Positions 29,585 to 40,130 of a stretch of DNA of 64,000 bases are shown here, piece after piece. Within the stretch, counting starts at the first letter, position 1; each line of letters starts with the position of its first letter. Under the pieces are notes generated by a model that ran no database searches, was not told the DNA's origin, and worked only from the letters and a program-made list of their open reading frames with translations. The position numbers and the translations under genes were made by a program. Source of the stretch: an uncultured Chloroflexia bacterium (GTDB lineage: Bacteria; Chloroflexota; Anaerolineae; JAAYZQ01); contig CAVOXA010000015.1 in NCBI GenBank assembly GCA_963700285.1, positions 160,001 through 224,000 of the forward strand, in the 5' to 3' direction.

Positions 29585-30088
29585 TCACCATCTCCCTGTG
29601 TGAATCCTTGCCGGATCATATTGGGTACGGGCCTCTTTCTCCTCGCCCGGGTAGCCGAGAGATAGCAGGCTCAACACTCCGATATCGTCAGGGATGCCCA
29701 ATGCATCGCGGACGGCTTGTTCTCGCTCTGGCCGGAAGTGGCTGCCAAGCCACACGCCCCCTAGCCCCATCCCAGCCGCTGCAATCAGGATATTTTCGGT
29801 TGCCGCCGAGCAGTCCTGGACCCACCAGGCGGAGATAGATGGGTCGCCGCACACAGCGATGGCCAATGATGCGTTGGCCAGCATCTTGCCAAAGGGGTGA
29901 GCGTCCGCCAGGGCCTTCAAGTCTGCCTTGTCCGTCACCACCACAAAATGCCACGGCTTCTGGTTCGATGCCGATGGCGCAGCCATGCCCGCTTCCAGCA
30001 GACTCTTTTTCTCTGCCTCGCCTACCGGTTCGCCCGTGTACACGCGGATGCTCCGCCGGGCAAAGATGATCTTGAGTCGATCGTCCAT
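29585..30088 (-). CDS. Nitroreductase family protein
   Basis: RRSIR, APSASNQKPWHF, DCSAATENILIAA, LGYP; GAGGAG RBS. Confidence 0.92.
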   Translation of the reverse strand: MDDRLKIIFARRSIRVYTGEPVGEAEKKSLLEAGMAAPSASNQKPWHFVVVTDKADLKALADAHPFGKMLANASLAIAVCGDPSISAWWVQDCSAATENILIAAAGMGLGGVWLGSHFRPEREQAVRDALGIPDDIGVLSLLSLGYPGEEKEARTQYDPARIHTGRW

Positions 30089-30271
30089 GTGTGTCTCCTC
30101 TTGTGTGTTTGTAGAACAACCCTGCTTTTCCTGGGATCCCAAAGTACTGGACAGCAAGAAGCCCAGCTCTTCCCAGTATACGACAGTGGCAGAAAAAGTG
30201 CAAGCGTCCCCTGTAGCCATAGCCACGACTGGTCCGAACTGAGGGCGCGCAGCGAACTCGTTCACCACCGC

Positions 30272-30300
30272 TTGCAATCACCTGCGCCCTGTGGTATAGT
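30272..30300 (+). promoter_or_regulatory. sigma70-type promoter
   Basis: TTGCAA-17 bp-TATAGT with an extended -10. Confidence 0.6.
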
Positions 30301-30355
30301 GAACCTGAGCGAATCTGAGCGCGTCATTCTCTGCGGGCTCCGCGTGATCCGATCA

Positions 30356-30955
30356 ATGAACGTCAGCTACGAACAGACGGCCAGCGCTTATGCGGCCCAC
30401 CGCCACACACATGGGGGCGTATCTTGCGTGCTGTGCAATTGGGATGGGTTAGGCCCAGGCGTCAGGGTGCTCGAAGTGGGTTGCGGAACCGGTAACTATA
30501 TCCGGGCCCTGAGCAAGTGCCAAAGTTGGGACGCCTACGGCCTGGATCCCTCAGCCGCCATGCTGGTCCAGGCGAGGACTGAACCGGAACCTGTGTCCCT
30601 GATTCTGAGCCGCGCCGAACAGATGACCTTCGCTGCTGATACATTTGACCTGATCTTTTCCGTTGATGTGATTCATCATGTCGACGACAAGGCAGCTTTC
30701 TATGCCGGGGTGGCGCGGGGATTGCGTCCTGGCGGTCAAGTGTGCACTGTAACCGACTCGGCTGATATCATCCGCCGCCGAGAAGTGTTGTCTGGATACT
30801 TTCCCGAGACCGTTGATCGGGAGTTGGCTCGCTATCCGCGTATCAGCCAGCTCGAGGCATAGCAGGCGGGACTGGAACGCTTGGAGAGAGACGTCGCCCG
30901 CGGCCCGGTCCCGGGCGTGTCGTGCTATGCTTGTGTGTGGGGACGCAAAAGGTGA
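30356..30955 (+). pseudogene. Class I SAM methyltransferase with in-frame TAG at 30860-30862
   Basis: VLEVGCGTG, GLDPS, FDLIFS. The frame continues after the TAG (QAGLERLERDVARG...WGRKR*) to 30955. Confidence 0.65.
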
Positions 30956-31096
30956 TAGAGGCGCAGTACCACCGGCGGGTCGGTGTGGCAATGTACAGGG
31001 TTGGGTCCGGAACCGGAACCAAAGGGTAACTCTGCGGAAGCGGGAAACCCAGCCCACCCGCATTCTCAAGTTCGTCAGCCTAGCCAGGAGGATATC

Positions 31097-34000
31097 GTGC
31101 CCGAGCAGAGTACAGTCCACATGGAATTCCACGTGTCCCGTCAGGCGCGGGATCGCTACCAGTTCGAGGATTCGCTGTTTGCTTTGAGCGGCAACGTTGT
31201 CTTTGCCAATCTGCACGGTGCTCGAATCTTTGCTCAGAGGATGAACGATAGGCGCGATCTCGTCAGTTTCCCCGAGCAAGCGGTCAGGGCTGGACAGATC
31301 AATGCGATGGGCCTTATTGACGAGATCTTGCACCTTACCATCCAGCAGTATCGCGAGCAAAAGAATCCCGATGCCATGGCCAAAGCGCTGGATTGGCTTT
31401 ACGGGCACCTGGGTGACGTGGCGGTCAACGACGCCCTATACAGTTTTGCCGACGAGTTCCCTCCCCTTGCCGTCTACCGGCGTGAGGTCAGCCTGGAAGA
31501 CTATATCGAGGGCAAGACCGCAGGCGTCCCCCACCGTCAGATCCTGCTGGAAGAGATGCTGATGCTGTGGCTGGCCAATGCCAACCCGGCCTTCGGCCCG
31601 TTTCGGGAACTGTTCGACGACTCCGACTTGGTCAGGGAAACAGCCTATCGTCACATCCTGACCAGCTTGCACGATTACTTTGACACACAACCGCGTTTTG
31701 GTCCTGACCAACAGAATCTGATTGATATGCTGCGCGCACCAGCCCTGGCACATCCGTACTCCCTCTCCGCCCAACTGGAATTCGTCCGCCAAGAATGGAG
31801 TTCCCTCCTGGGCAGCTACTTTTATCGCCTTCTCGGCGGTTTGGACTTGATCGCTGAGGAGGAGAAGGCTATTTTTGTGGGTCCCGGCCCTGCCCTGGTA
31901 TACGAATATGGCGAACTGGAATTTGAACCGGAGCGTTTCAGCCCTGACCTCGACTGGATGCCCAGCTTGGTGCTGATGGCCAAGAATACCTACGTCTGGC
32001 TTGATCAGCTCTCACGGAAACACGAGCGTCCCATCAGCCGCCTGGACGAGATCCCCGACGAGGAGCTGGATGCTCTGGCTCGATGGGGCTTCACCGGGTT
32101 GTGGTTGATCGGGCTCTGGGAGCGCAGCCCGGCGTCACGCAAAGTGAAGCAGCTCTGTGGAAACCCGGAGGCCGTCGCTTCTGCTTACTCTGTGTACGAC
32201 TACCAGATCGCTGCTGACCTGGGGGGCGAAGCGGCCTATAATAATCTGCGAGAGCGTGCCTGGCAGCGGGGCATCCGCATGGCCAGTGACATGGTACCCA
32301 ACCACGTTGGGATCTATTCTCGCTGGCTGGTAGAGCATCCGGACTGGTTTATCTCGCTGGATCATAGCCCCTTCCCCTCTTATAGCTTCAATGGGCCGGA
32401 CCTGTCCGACGACGAACGAGTCGGCATCTATCTCGAAGATCACTATTACGACCGGAGTGACGCGGCGGTGGCCTTTAAGCGGGTCGATCGCTTGACAGGG
32501 AGTGAGAAATACATCTACCACGGCAATGATGGTACCAGCATGCCCTGGAACGATACTGCCCAGTTGAACTACCTTGACCTCGAGGTACGTGAGGCGGTCA
32601 TCCAGACCATCTTGCACGTCGCGCGTCTCTCGCCTGTGATCCGCTTTGACGCTGCGATGACCCTGACCAAGCGTCATTTTCAACGCCTTTGGTTCCCTGA
32701 GCCAGGTACAGGAGGCGCTATTCCCACACGCGCCGAACATAGCATGACCAAAGCTGCTTTCAATGCCGCCATGCCTGTCGAGTTCTGGCGCGAGGTTGTG
32801 GACCGCGTTGCCGCCGAGGCTCCCGACACCCTGCTTCTGGCCGAGGCGTTTTGGCTAATGGAGGGCTTTTTTGTCCGAACCTTGGGCATGCACCGGGTTT
32901 ATAACAGCGCTTTCATGAACATGTTGCGCGACGAGGACAATGCGAAATATCGCTCGGTGATGAAGAACACGCTTGAATTTGACCCCGAGATCCTCAAGCG
33001 TTTTGTAAGCTTTATGAACAACCCCGACGAAGAAACCACCGTGGCCCAGTTTGGCAAGGGGGACAAGTATTTTGGCATCTGTACCTTGCTGGCCACCTTG
33101 CCAGGCCTGCCCATGTTCGGCCACGGCCAGATCGAGGGCCTTGCTGAAAAGTACGGGATGGAGTATCAGCGGGCCTACTGGGACGAGCAGCCCGACGAGT
33201 ACTTGATAGCACGACACGAGCGGGAGATCTTTCCGCTTTTGCACCGTCGCTATCTTTTTGCCGAGGTTGAGGATTTTGCGCTCTATGATTTCGCGTCTGC
33301 GGAAGGCTGGGTCAACGAGGATGTGTTCGCCTATTCCAACCGCTCTGGTGATCAGCGAGCCCTGGTTGTCTACCATAACCGATTCGCCACGGCCCAGGGG
33401 TGGGTCCAAACCTCGGCGCCTTATTCCATCCGGGCCAGTGATAGCGACGATCGGGTCCTTGTCCAGAAAACGTTGGGGGAAGGGCTTGGCCTGCGTCCAA
33501 ACGAGGGGTTGTACTACGCTTTTCGAGACTCCACCACCGGCCTCGAATACATCCGCAATGGCCAGGAGTTGTGCGAGAGGGGTATGTTTGTGGCGCTTGA
33601 TGCCTACAAGTGTCACGTATTCCTCGACTGGCGAGAAGTTCAGGACGATGAGTCGCGCCAGCTTGCCCACCTCGCCGCATACTTGGACGGGCGTGGGGTA
33701 CCCAGTATCGAGGAGGCACTCCAAGAGGTCTTTGTGCAGCCAGTCCTCACCCCCTTCAGGAAGTTGGTCAACGCTGAGACCTTTCGCCAGCTTATGGTTG
33801 CCCGAGTGACCAAGCCTGGTGGGCAGATCGACCCTGAACTTCTGGCGGAGATCGAGCGCCGGATACTGGACTTGCTTGGTGCGATCAGGGCATTCAATGC
33901 CGTTGATGGCGAACAAACCACAAGTGCCTCTGATACCGCAGATACCGCTGTTGTCGCCCTCGAAACAGACATCGCGAGGGGGATTCGTTCCAAGCTAGAG

Positions 34001-34663
34001 GCCATTCTTCAACTGCCGGTTCTGGCTGCCCGCTACTCTCTGCCCGGGTCCCGAAAATACAAAGCTGCTGTCGAGGCGCTGGGTGCGCAATTGGATGACG
34101 ATCTGGCAGTTTGGGGTACGTTGTTCTCCTGGCTTTTTGCTCATGCTTTGGGGGAGGTCGTTGATGGCGCCGCGCCCGAGGCTCTGAGCCGGAGCTGGAT
34201 AGATGAGTGGCTGCTTGGCAAGCTTGTGGCTGTGACCCTTCGGGACTTTTCGGACCGGGGCCTCTCAGACAGCGGCGTGGCCTTGGACGAGGGAGCGGTC
34301 CAGCGAGTGGTTGGGATGGTCAAGATCCTCATCAGCCATTGCCTCTGGTTTGAAGCTGAGGGCCCCCAGAACCGGCGGGCCTACCAGAGCTTGGTATCCT
34401 GGCTGAGGGACACGGAGGTCCAGCGGTTCCTCCAGGTAAACCGCTATGGAGGCGCATTGTGGTTCAACAAGGAGGCTTTTGAGCAATTCCTGGGGTGGAT
34501 GCTGACAGTGGCCGTGGTCGAGATCAGCGCCCAGCCCAATGGCACGAACGCAAAAGTCGCGCAGGGGATCGTTGATTGCTACGACCTGTTGAGCGAACTC
34601 CGACAGGCTGCGGATGCGTCCGAGTATCAGATATCCGGTCTCCTGGAGGCCGCCCAGGGCTGA
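31097..34663 (+). CDS. Large GH13 alpha-amylase-family glycoside hydrolase
   Basis: DMVPNH, IRFDAAM, LLAEAFW, NNPDE; AGGAG RBS before GTG 31097. Confidence 0.9.
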   Translation: MPEQSTVHMEFHVSRQARDRYQFEDSLFALSGNVVFANLHGARIFAQRMNDRRDLVSFPEQAVRAGQINAMGLIDEILHLTIQQYREQKNPDAMAKALDWLYGHLGDVAVNDALYSFADEFPPLAVYRREVSLEDYIEGKTAGVPHRQILLEEMLMLWLANANPAFGPFRELFDDSDLVRETAYRHILTSLHDYFDTQPRFGPDQQNLIDMLRAPALAHPYSLSAQLEFVRQEWSSLLGSYFYRLLGGLDLIAEEEKAIFVGPGPALVYEYGELEFEPERFSPDLDWMPSLVLMAKNTYVWLDQLSRKHERPISRLDEIPDEELDALARWGFTGLWLIGLWERSPASRKVKQLCGNPEAVASAYSVYDYQIAADLGGEAAYNNLRERAWQRGIRMASDMVPNHVGIYSRWLVEHPDWFISLDHSPFPSYSFNGPDLSDDERVGIYLEDHYYDRSDAAVAFKRVDRLTGSEKYIYHGNDGTSMPWNDTAQLNYLDLEVREAVIQTILHVARLSPVIRFDAAMTLTKRHFQRLWFPEPGTGGAIPTRAEHSMTKAAFNAAMPVEFWREVVDRVAAEAPDTLLLAEAFWLMEGFFVRTLGMHRVYNSAFMNMLRDEDNAKYRSVMKNTLEFDPEILKRFVSFMNNPDEETTVAQFGKGDKYFGICTLLATLPGLPMFGHGQIEGLAEKYGMEYQRAYWDEQPDEYLIARHEREIFPLLHRRYLFAEVEDFALYDFASAEGWVNEDVFAYSNRSGDQRALVVYHNRFATAQGWVQTSAPYSIRASDSDDRVLVQKTLGEGLGLRPNEGLYYAFRDSTTGLEYIRNGQELCERGMFVALDAYKCHVFLDWREVQDDESRQLAHLAAYLDGRGVPSIEEALQEVFVQPVLTPFRKLVNAETFRQLMVARVTKPGGQIDPELLAEIERRILDLLGAIRAFNAVDGEQTTSASDTADTAVVALETDIARGIRSKLEAILQLPVLAARYSLPGSRKYKAAVEALGAQLDDDLAVWGTLFSWLFAHALGEVVDGAAPEALSRSWIDEWLLGKLVAVTLRDFSDRGLSDSGVALDEGAVQRVVGMVKILISHCLWFEAEGPQNRRAYQSLVSWLRDTEVQRFLQVNRYGGALWFNKEAFEQFLGWMLTVAVVEISAQPNGTNAKVAQGIVDCYDLLSELRQAADASEYQISGLLEAAQG

Positions 34664-34749
34664 TCAGTCTTGGAGCCGCGCGACGCAGTCAGTCTTTGTC
34701 ATGAGCTTGGCGATCTTGCCAGGCATAACAATCAGGAGGAGTCAATAGA

Positions 34750-35223
34750 ATGCAAAATATCGTTCCGGGCCACAGACCAGATAACGATGCGGGCTATTTG
34801 GAGATGATGACAGCTGTGATATTCATGGGGGGCCTAAACCGGCAGGTGGTCATGTCAAAATGGGATGGCTTTCTAGCCGCCTTTGAGGGTTTTGACGTGG
34901 GCAAAGTGGCCGATTTCACCGATGTCGATGTCGAACGCCTGAGTTCTGACACGCGTATCGTGCGCTACAAGGCCAAGATCCGCGCTGTAGTGGCCAATGC
35001 TGGAGAGATGCGCGCGATTGCGGGGGAGCACGGTTCCTTTGGTGCCTGGCTACAGGGTATCATCTCTGATGGAGGTGTTGACCGCACGTCCGTAGAACTG
35101 GCCAAGCGCTTCAAGTATATGAGTGAGGCATCCTCAGAACGCTACCTGTATGCTGTCGGCGAGGACATAGGAGAGGTAGACGAAAAAGTGCGCCGGAAAT
35201 ACGGTACGTCTGACACAGCCTAG
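34750..35223 (+). CDS. DNA-3-methyladenine glycosylase I (Tag)-like protein
   Basis: YLEMMTAVIFMGGL, KWDGFLAAFEGFD, IVRYKAKIRAVVANA. Confidence 0.75.
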   Translation: MQNIVPGHRPDNDAGYLEMMTAVIFMGGLNRQVVMSKWDGFLAAFEGFDVGKVADFTDVDVERLSSDTRIVRYKAKIRAVVANAGEMRAIAGEHGSFGAWLQGIISDGGVDRTSVELAKRFKYMSEASSERYLYAVGEDIGEVDEKVRRKYGTSDTA

Positions 35224-35259
35224 AGCCTGGCTGAACACTGGCTCGAAACCTGTTTTCCC

Positions 35260-36741
35260 CTATGGCGTCGCCCCTCCACTGGGAATTAGGTCCAGCATCC
35301 GCCCCTGAGCATCAAACCACCCGCAGGGGCAGTCGTCAGGTTCCTGCTTGCTTTGCCCTCCGGCTATCAGGGGCAGAAAACTGCGGTGTCTGGCCTGGAG
35401 CGCATCTGAAATGACGGGTACTTTGTCGGAAGGATCTTGCGACTCGTGAGCGCCAGAGGTCGCAGAAGGAGACCAGGCAGGGCCCGCCATTCGCAGGGGT
35501 ATCCACTGCCCGCCAGAAGCTGGCCCAATGACTTTTAGGTAGATGATCTCCAAACTCATCTGCGCGTCGTATATCTGCTGCAAAATGCTCGGCGGGCAAT
35601 TGCCCTGCACAAAGCAGTCGTTGTAGGCGATGCCCGTGGGCAAGATATACTCTGGCGTTGCCAGGTCCAACGGATCTGCTGTCAAGGGTAGGTACTGGGC
35701 CCCAGGGGCCCGATCGGCATCCCTCCAAGCTGTCCCTAGCGGAAACGCTGCAGAGAATGTCAGGTCAGCGGCTAGATCCAACCCACATGATAGGCGGTAG
35801 GTTCCCGCAGAGGGGCGGTTGGCATTCACATAGGGTGGCGCGCCATGGCTGTCGGTATAGGGGTCGCCCGGCATGGCCGGAAATCTGACGAGGAAGTAGT
35901 TGGCTTCAGCAGGCACGGCAAGTGAAACTCTGCCGTCGCGCCACCCGTACGCCCCCGACATCTGGCTCATCAAAGGCCGAAAGACGCCGATGTTCCCGGG
36001 GCCGATATAGGACTGGAAGGTTCCTTGCTGGCTACCCAATACCTGAACCTGAGCAGACGGGTCGAGCGTAAGGGTGAACACCCCTGTGAGTGGATAGAGA
36101 TCTGTTCTATCTATCCAAATGCGGCAGCCATTGTTGGCCGGGATCCGCAGCCCCTCTGCGCTTAGCGGCAGAGCCTGTCCCCCGTAGCCGTAAATGTCTA
36201 TGGGATAGCGCTTGGGCTCTTTGCTGCTCGTGGAGGGCTGGCGAGTACCCACGTTGGTGACAAACAGGTTCCTGACCTCTGAAGTGACCTCTATACCGCC
36301 CTCGGCATAGACTCTCAGTGTGGAGGCTGGCACGGTGCTGCTCATGTGGTCATAGTGCGGCATCTGGCCCAGGCAGCCAAAGGAGGTGAACCGGTTGTTG
36401 GGATTGGTGGGTTGCCTTACCAGACGCGGGTAGAGCTTGACCCTCACAGTGACTTGATTCCCAACCCGAGTACCAGATTCGTAGACTACGATGCCTGTCC
36501 CATCATCGGAGGAGATGATTGTCCCTTGTAGGTAGGCGTCAGGCACCTGTCCGACCAACTCTACGACGCTTATCGCCCGGGGCTCCAGCCAATTGGGCGT
36601 CGCTACGGTGCTGTCCTGAGCCCGTGATACAGTTGTTGTGAAACCCAAGAGTATCGTAGCTGCTGATAGGAGCAACAGTCCCTTGACGAGCCCTTTGACA
36701 TACCCACCCCTGGTGCTCTTTGTGTACATTTGTCCGCCCAT
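35260..36741 (-). CDS. Secreted hypothetical protein with FLPLI motif and C-terminal CPCGWFD
   Basis: Signal peptide (LLLLSAATILLG...SRA); long ORF; no family recognised. Confidence 0.75.
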   Translation of the reverse strand: MGGQMYTKSTRGGYVKGLVKGLLLLSAATILLGFTTTVSRAQDSTVATPNWLEPRAISVVELVGQVPDAYLQGTIISSDDGTGIVVYESGTRVGNQVTVRVKLYPRLVRQPTNPNNRFTSFGCLGQMPHYDHMSSTVPASTLRVYAEGGIEVTSEVRNLFVTNVGTRQPSTSSKEPKRYPIDIYGYGGQALPLSAEGLRIPANNGCRIWIDRTDLYPLTGVFTLTLDPSAQVQVLGSQQGTFQSYIGPGNIGVFRPLMSQMSGAYGWRDGRVSLAVPAEANYFLVRFPAMPGDPYTDSHGAPPYVNANRPSAGTYRLSCGLDLAADLTFSAAFPLGTAWRDADRAPGAQYLPLTADPLDLATPEYILPTGIAYNDCFVQGNCPPSILQQIYDAQMSLEIIYLKVIGPASGGQWIPLRMAGPAWSPSATSGAHESQDPSDKVPVISDALQARHRSFLPLIAGGQSKQEPDDCPCGWFDAQGRMLDLIPSGGATP

Positions 36742-36946
36742 TCTTGTGCGCAGTCCTCCCGCTCGAACAAACCCCTGGTTTTGTCAGGCACTTTTGCTGT
36801 CTGGTACCCTCGCGCCAGCAGTTGGACTAGGTTGATGATTGCGGTTTTATCTGAAGTGTGGTATGTGTTGCGAGGCTGTGCACGTATTTTACACCATCTC
36901 CTGAGACAGTGTCAAGAATTGATCCGGAAGAAAACGGGTACCAAGA

Positions 36947-38035
36947 TTATGCCTGGGAAATCATCTGCTGGATACGCTCCCTCAATGTACCGGCGAACCG
37001 GTCTGGCGCCAGTTCTTCCAGGCGACGGCGCTGCCCTTCTAGCAGCCTGTTGCGAACTGCTTTGTCTCGCAAGAGTACCTCGATCAGTTCAGCAATCAGG
37101 TCGTATCGTTTGCTGCTGACCAATACCCCGGCCCCACCCAGGGCGTAGGGCACGCCGGTCGAGCGATAGGCGATCACGGGCAGTTCGAAGGCCATCGCTT
37201 CGACCAGCGGAATGCAGAATCCCTCGTGCTCGCTCAGGCACAGGAATAGATCTGAGACCTGATAGTAGCCGCCTAGGCCCTCTCGCGAACCGATGCCGCC
37301 CGGCAGGTGTACGTGCTCTTCCAGGCCCAATGCTGCTGCGATAGATTCCAGTTCCAAACGGTAGCCTGGGGCATTCGCCTCCGAGCCAACCAGAATGAGG
37401 CGCGAGTGAGGGTTGATCAGGCAATGATAGGCACCAAAGGCCCGGATCAGATCGTCCTGTCGCTTGTTGGGTACCAGCCGCCCCACGAACAGCAGATTGA
37501 CAGCACCGTCGTTGTACCGGGCTACGACCGCTTGTCCAGCCGGGCTCTCTGCTGAAGCCCGCAGGGCATCAAAGGTAATAGAGTAGGGCAGAATCTCCAC
37601 GTGGCGGAATCCCAATTCCAGCATCTCCTGACGGTTGTATTCTGAAGCGGCCAGCGCAAAAGGCGCATCCTTGAACAGCGCCAGTTCCTGCCGCCCCTGT
37701 TCCAATTGGTCAGCCATGGGATCGTTGTAGCCGCGCAGAAAACAAGCTGGGGTTACATTGTGATAGTAGGGTACGATTCGGTCTGGCAGTTGAGACACAA
37801 AATCGGTAAGCGGCGAGCCAACAGAGTAATGAAAGATAGCCCAGTTGTCTGTGTCACCGGGATAGCGCCGATAGTCCTTGCCTGCGTCTCTCAAACGACG
37901 ATCTCGGAACTGGGAATAGACCTGGGAATCATACCCCCAGCCGCGCAATAGCTCGCGGATGCGAGTTGCTTGGTTGCCCAGTGCATCACCATACATGAAT
38001 CCGGTCATGAACTGGTGGATGGTTTTCGGGTTCAT
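36947..38035 (-). CDS. Glycosyltransferase family 4
   Basis: GDALGN, YYHNVTP, FVGRLVPNK, SEHEGFCIPLVEAM (alternative start 38071). Confidence 0.92.
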   Translation of the reverse strand: MNPKTIHQFMTGFMYGDALGNQATRIRELLRGWGYDSQVYSQFRDRRLRDAGKDYRRYPGDTDNWAIFHYSVGSPLTDFVSQLPDRIVPYYHNVTPACFLRGYNDPMADQLEQGRQELALFKDAPFALAASEYNRQEMLELGFRHVEILPYSITFDALRASAESPAGQAVVARYNDGAVNLLFVGRLVPNKRQDDLIRAFGAYHCLINPHSRLILVGSEANAPGYRLELESIAAALGLEEHVHLPGGIGSREGLGGYYQVSDLFLCLSEHEGFCIPLVEAMAFELPVIAYRSTGVPYALGGAGVLVSSKRYDLIAELIEVLLRDKAVRNRLLEGQRRRLEELAPDRFAGTLRERIQQMISQA

Positions 38036-38057
38036 CACCTGGCAGACTCTGACCGAC

Positions 38058-38525
38058 TCATTCCTGACCATCCTCCAGCTCGGTCAGGCGGGCGCGCAGG
38101 TCGCGTACCTCTGCCTCCAGGTCTTGGACCATCACAGCCAATGCCTGTGCTGTTTGCTCATTGAAGCGTACCTGCCGCGCTTCGAAGCGATTCAGGTAAA
38201 AGAGTACCAGTTCGTGGACGGCTGCCCTGAGGCGGTGCACCATCCCACCCACCAGCGCCAGCCGTGTTTCGGTCAGATCCAGTTCCGTACCCACCTTGTC
38301 GGCGTCAAAGCCTACCTGTACGACGGCCTCGTATAGATCCCGGCTGAACACTGCATCTGCCGGTAGAGGGTGGAGGCCTTTGGCATAGGCTTCATAGTCA
38401 AGGCCCTGCGCTTGCGCCTCTTCCTGCCGTACCTGGCTGCGGACCCGGATCTCCTGCTCAATTGCTTTGGAATCAATGTCCTCCCCTTCGATCTGAAAGC
38501 CAGTCGCCGCATCAGCTTCTGTCAT
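38058..38525 (-). CDS. Small coiled-coil protein of the glycan locus
   Basis: Helical ORF translationally coupled to its neighbours; N- and C-terminal similarity to 39621..40130. Confidence 0.75.
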   Translation of the reverse strand: MTEADAATGFQIEGEDIDSKAIEQEIRVRSQVRQEEAQAQGLDYEAYAKGLHPLPADAVFSRDLYEAVVQVGFDADKVGTELDLTETRLALVGGMVHRLRAAVHELVLFYLNRFEARQVRFNEQTAQALAVMVQDLEAEVRDLRARLTELEDGQE

Positions 38526-39624
38526 GGATCTGCTCCTCTCCTGGGAGTGGGACATCCAGGTGGGCCAAGATTTCCCGCAGCTCGGCCTCAACGTGAATGG
38601 GGGCAAAGTCCTGAAGCCGCTCCTGCTGCCGGGCTATGATCTGCGCCCGCAGTGCGTCATCAGACGTAAGCAGGTGGGCCATCTCGGCCACCTCTTCGCA
38701 GCCCAGATGGGTGTAGAGGACGCCCGAATTGCCCAAAGTCAGGGGAACCGCGGCTGCCTTACGGGCCAGAATCGGTACGCCAAAGTGCATGCTCTCCAGG
38801 AGCGGTACACAGAAACCCTCGTGATAGCTGGCCTGCAAGTAGAGGTCCGCGGCCTGATAGTAGGCCTGAAGTTTCGGGGGCAAGACCAATCCAGTGAAGG
38901 TCACGCCGTCCTGCAAGCCGAGAGTCTCCACCAATGCGTCGAGTTGCGCATCATAGGCCGGCAGATACCGCGGACCAACCAGGTACAGGTGAGATTCGGG
39001 ATTGATCCCCCGATGATAGGTGTAAAAGATGCGGATGATGTCCTCAATTGCCTTGTTCGGTACGATGCGTCCCACAGACAAAAAGTTGATGCCTCCGCGG
39101 CTACGCAATTGATCAGACAGGGGTTGGTTTGCCGGCGGATCCTCGAACAGCTCTTCCCGCATGAAGAGGGGCATCACCGCAGTACTCTCCGGAACAAAGC
39201 CCGATTGCACCAATTCCTGCCGGTTGTAACCCGAGTCGCCTATGGCCAGTTCACACTCGGTCAGGCTGGGAAGGATGCGGCGACCCACGTCGCATAAAAG
39301 TTCCTGCTCTTGATCCCAACCTCGAAAATAGAGCGCCGGTGTGATGTTGTGGTAGGAGAAAACGCGCCGGCCCCGGGTAGCCTGGAAGTAGCGTACGTTG
39401 GGGCTGTACAGTGCATAGTGGTAGATCAGCACGTGGTCGGGCTCGTGCAGGTAAGCTGCGTATTCATGATCCCGGCGAGCGTGGGCGCCCATCTGGGGGG
39501 CGACATGCTGGGCGTACATCGCGGTCTCAAGGCCCCAGGCCCGCAGCCGCTTATCAATCTCAATCACGTGGTTGCTGATGGCGTCGCCAGGGATGAGGCC
39601 ATAGCAGATCTGGTGTATCTTTAT
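38512..39624 (-). CDS. Glycosyltransferase family 4
   Basis: IHQICYGLIPGDAISNH, YHNITP, VGRIVPNK, HEGFCVPLLESM. The apparent start codon is ATA at 39624. Confidence 0.9.
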   Translation of the reverse strand: MKIHQICYGLIPGDAISNHVIEIDKRLRAWGLETAMYAQHVAPQMGAHARRDHEYAAYLHEPDHVLIYHYALYSPNVRYFQATRGRRVFSYHNITPALYFRGWDQEQELLCDVGRRILPSLTECELAIGDSGYNRQELVQSGFVPESTAVMPLFMREELFEDPPANQPLSDQLRSRGGINFLSVGRIVPNKAIEDIIRIFYTYHRGINPESHLYLVGPRYLPAYDAQLDALVETLGLQDGVTFTGLVLPPKLQAYYQAADLYLQASYHEGFCVPLLESMHFGVPILARKAAAVPLTLGNSGVLYTHLGCEEVAEMAHLLTSDDALRAQIIARQQERLQDFAPIHVEAELREILAHLDVPLPGEEQIHDRS

Positions 39625-40130
39625 GATCCACCTCCTGCGCCCTCACGGGCTAGGCGATCCTCTAGTTCGGCTACCCGCTTTTCCAACTGACGCAGGCGGT
39701 CGGCATCCAGTTCGTGCCACTGCACCAGATCGCCGATGATGCTGGCTACTCGTGTGTTTACGTCGCTTTGCTGCTGTAGGATGGGGCGCACATACCATTT
39801 GGTCGACATCCAGTTCCAAAAGCGCCGGACCCATACAATGATCGGGCCCACCAGGGGCGCATTGGAAGAGAATGCAGGCTCGCGCAAATGTCCTTCAGAG
39901 ATCAATGCTACCAGAGCGCCAAGCAGGCTTGGAAACCCAGGCAAATCCAGTTTCCTCGCGGTATCATAACGCTCGGGTCGCAATACCTCGGGGCCTAGGC
40001 TCGCCGGATCCGGGCCGTAGGCGTCTTGGATTCGGCGTTGGGCTACCTGCTGACGCACCTTCTGTACAATCGCCTCGCCATCGAGAGCCGGGTCACGGAT
40101 TTCAATGACGGGGCCTGGTTTGTCAGTCAT
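39621..40130 (-). CDS. Small coiled-coil protein of the glycan locus
   Basis: PLVGPIIVWVRRFWNWMSTKWYVRP..QQ module followed by heptad repeats. Confidence 0.78.
   Translation of the reverse strand: MTDKPGPVIEIRDPALDGEAIVQKVRQQVAQRRIQDAYGPDPASLGPEVLRPERYDTARKLDLPGFPSLLGALVALISEGHLREPAFSSNAPLVGPIIVWVRRFWNWMSTKWYVRPILQQQSDVNTRVASIIGDLVQWHELDADRLRQLEKRVAELEDRLAREGAGGGS

Noticed and set aside
33925-34285. Short inserts in the GH13 C-terminal region (GATACCGCA duplication; SDRG/SDSG)
   Set aside because: They look like ordinary local micro-duplications in variable loops, and no shared element could be supported.
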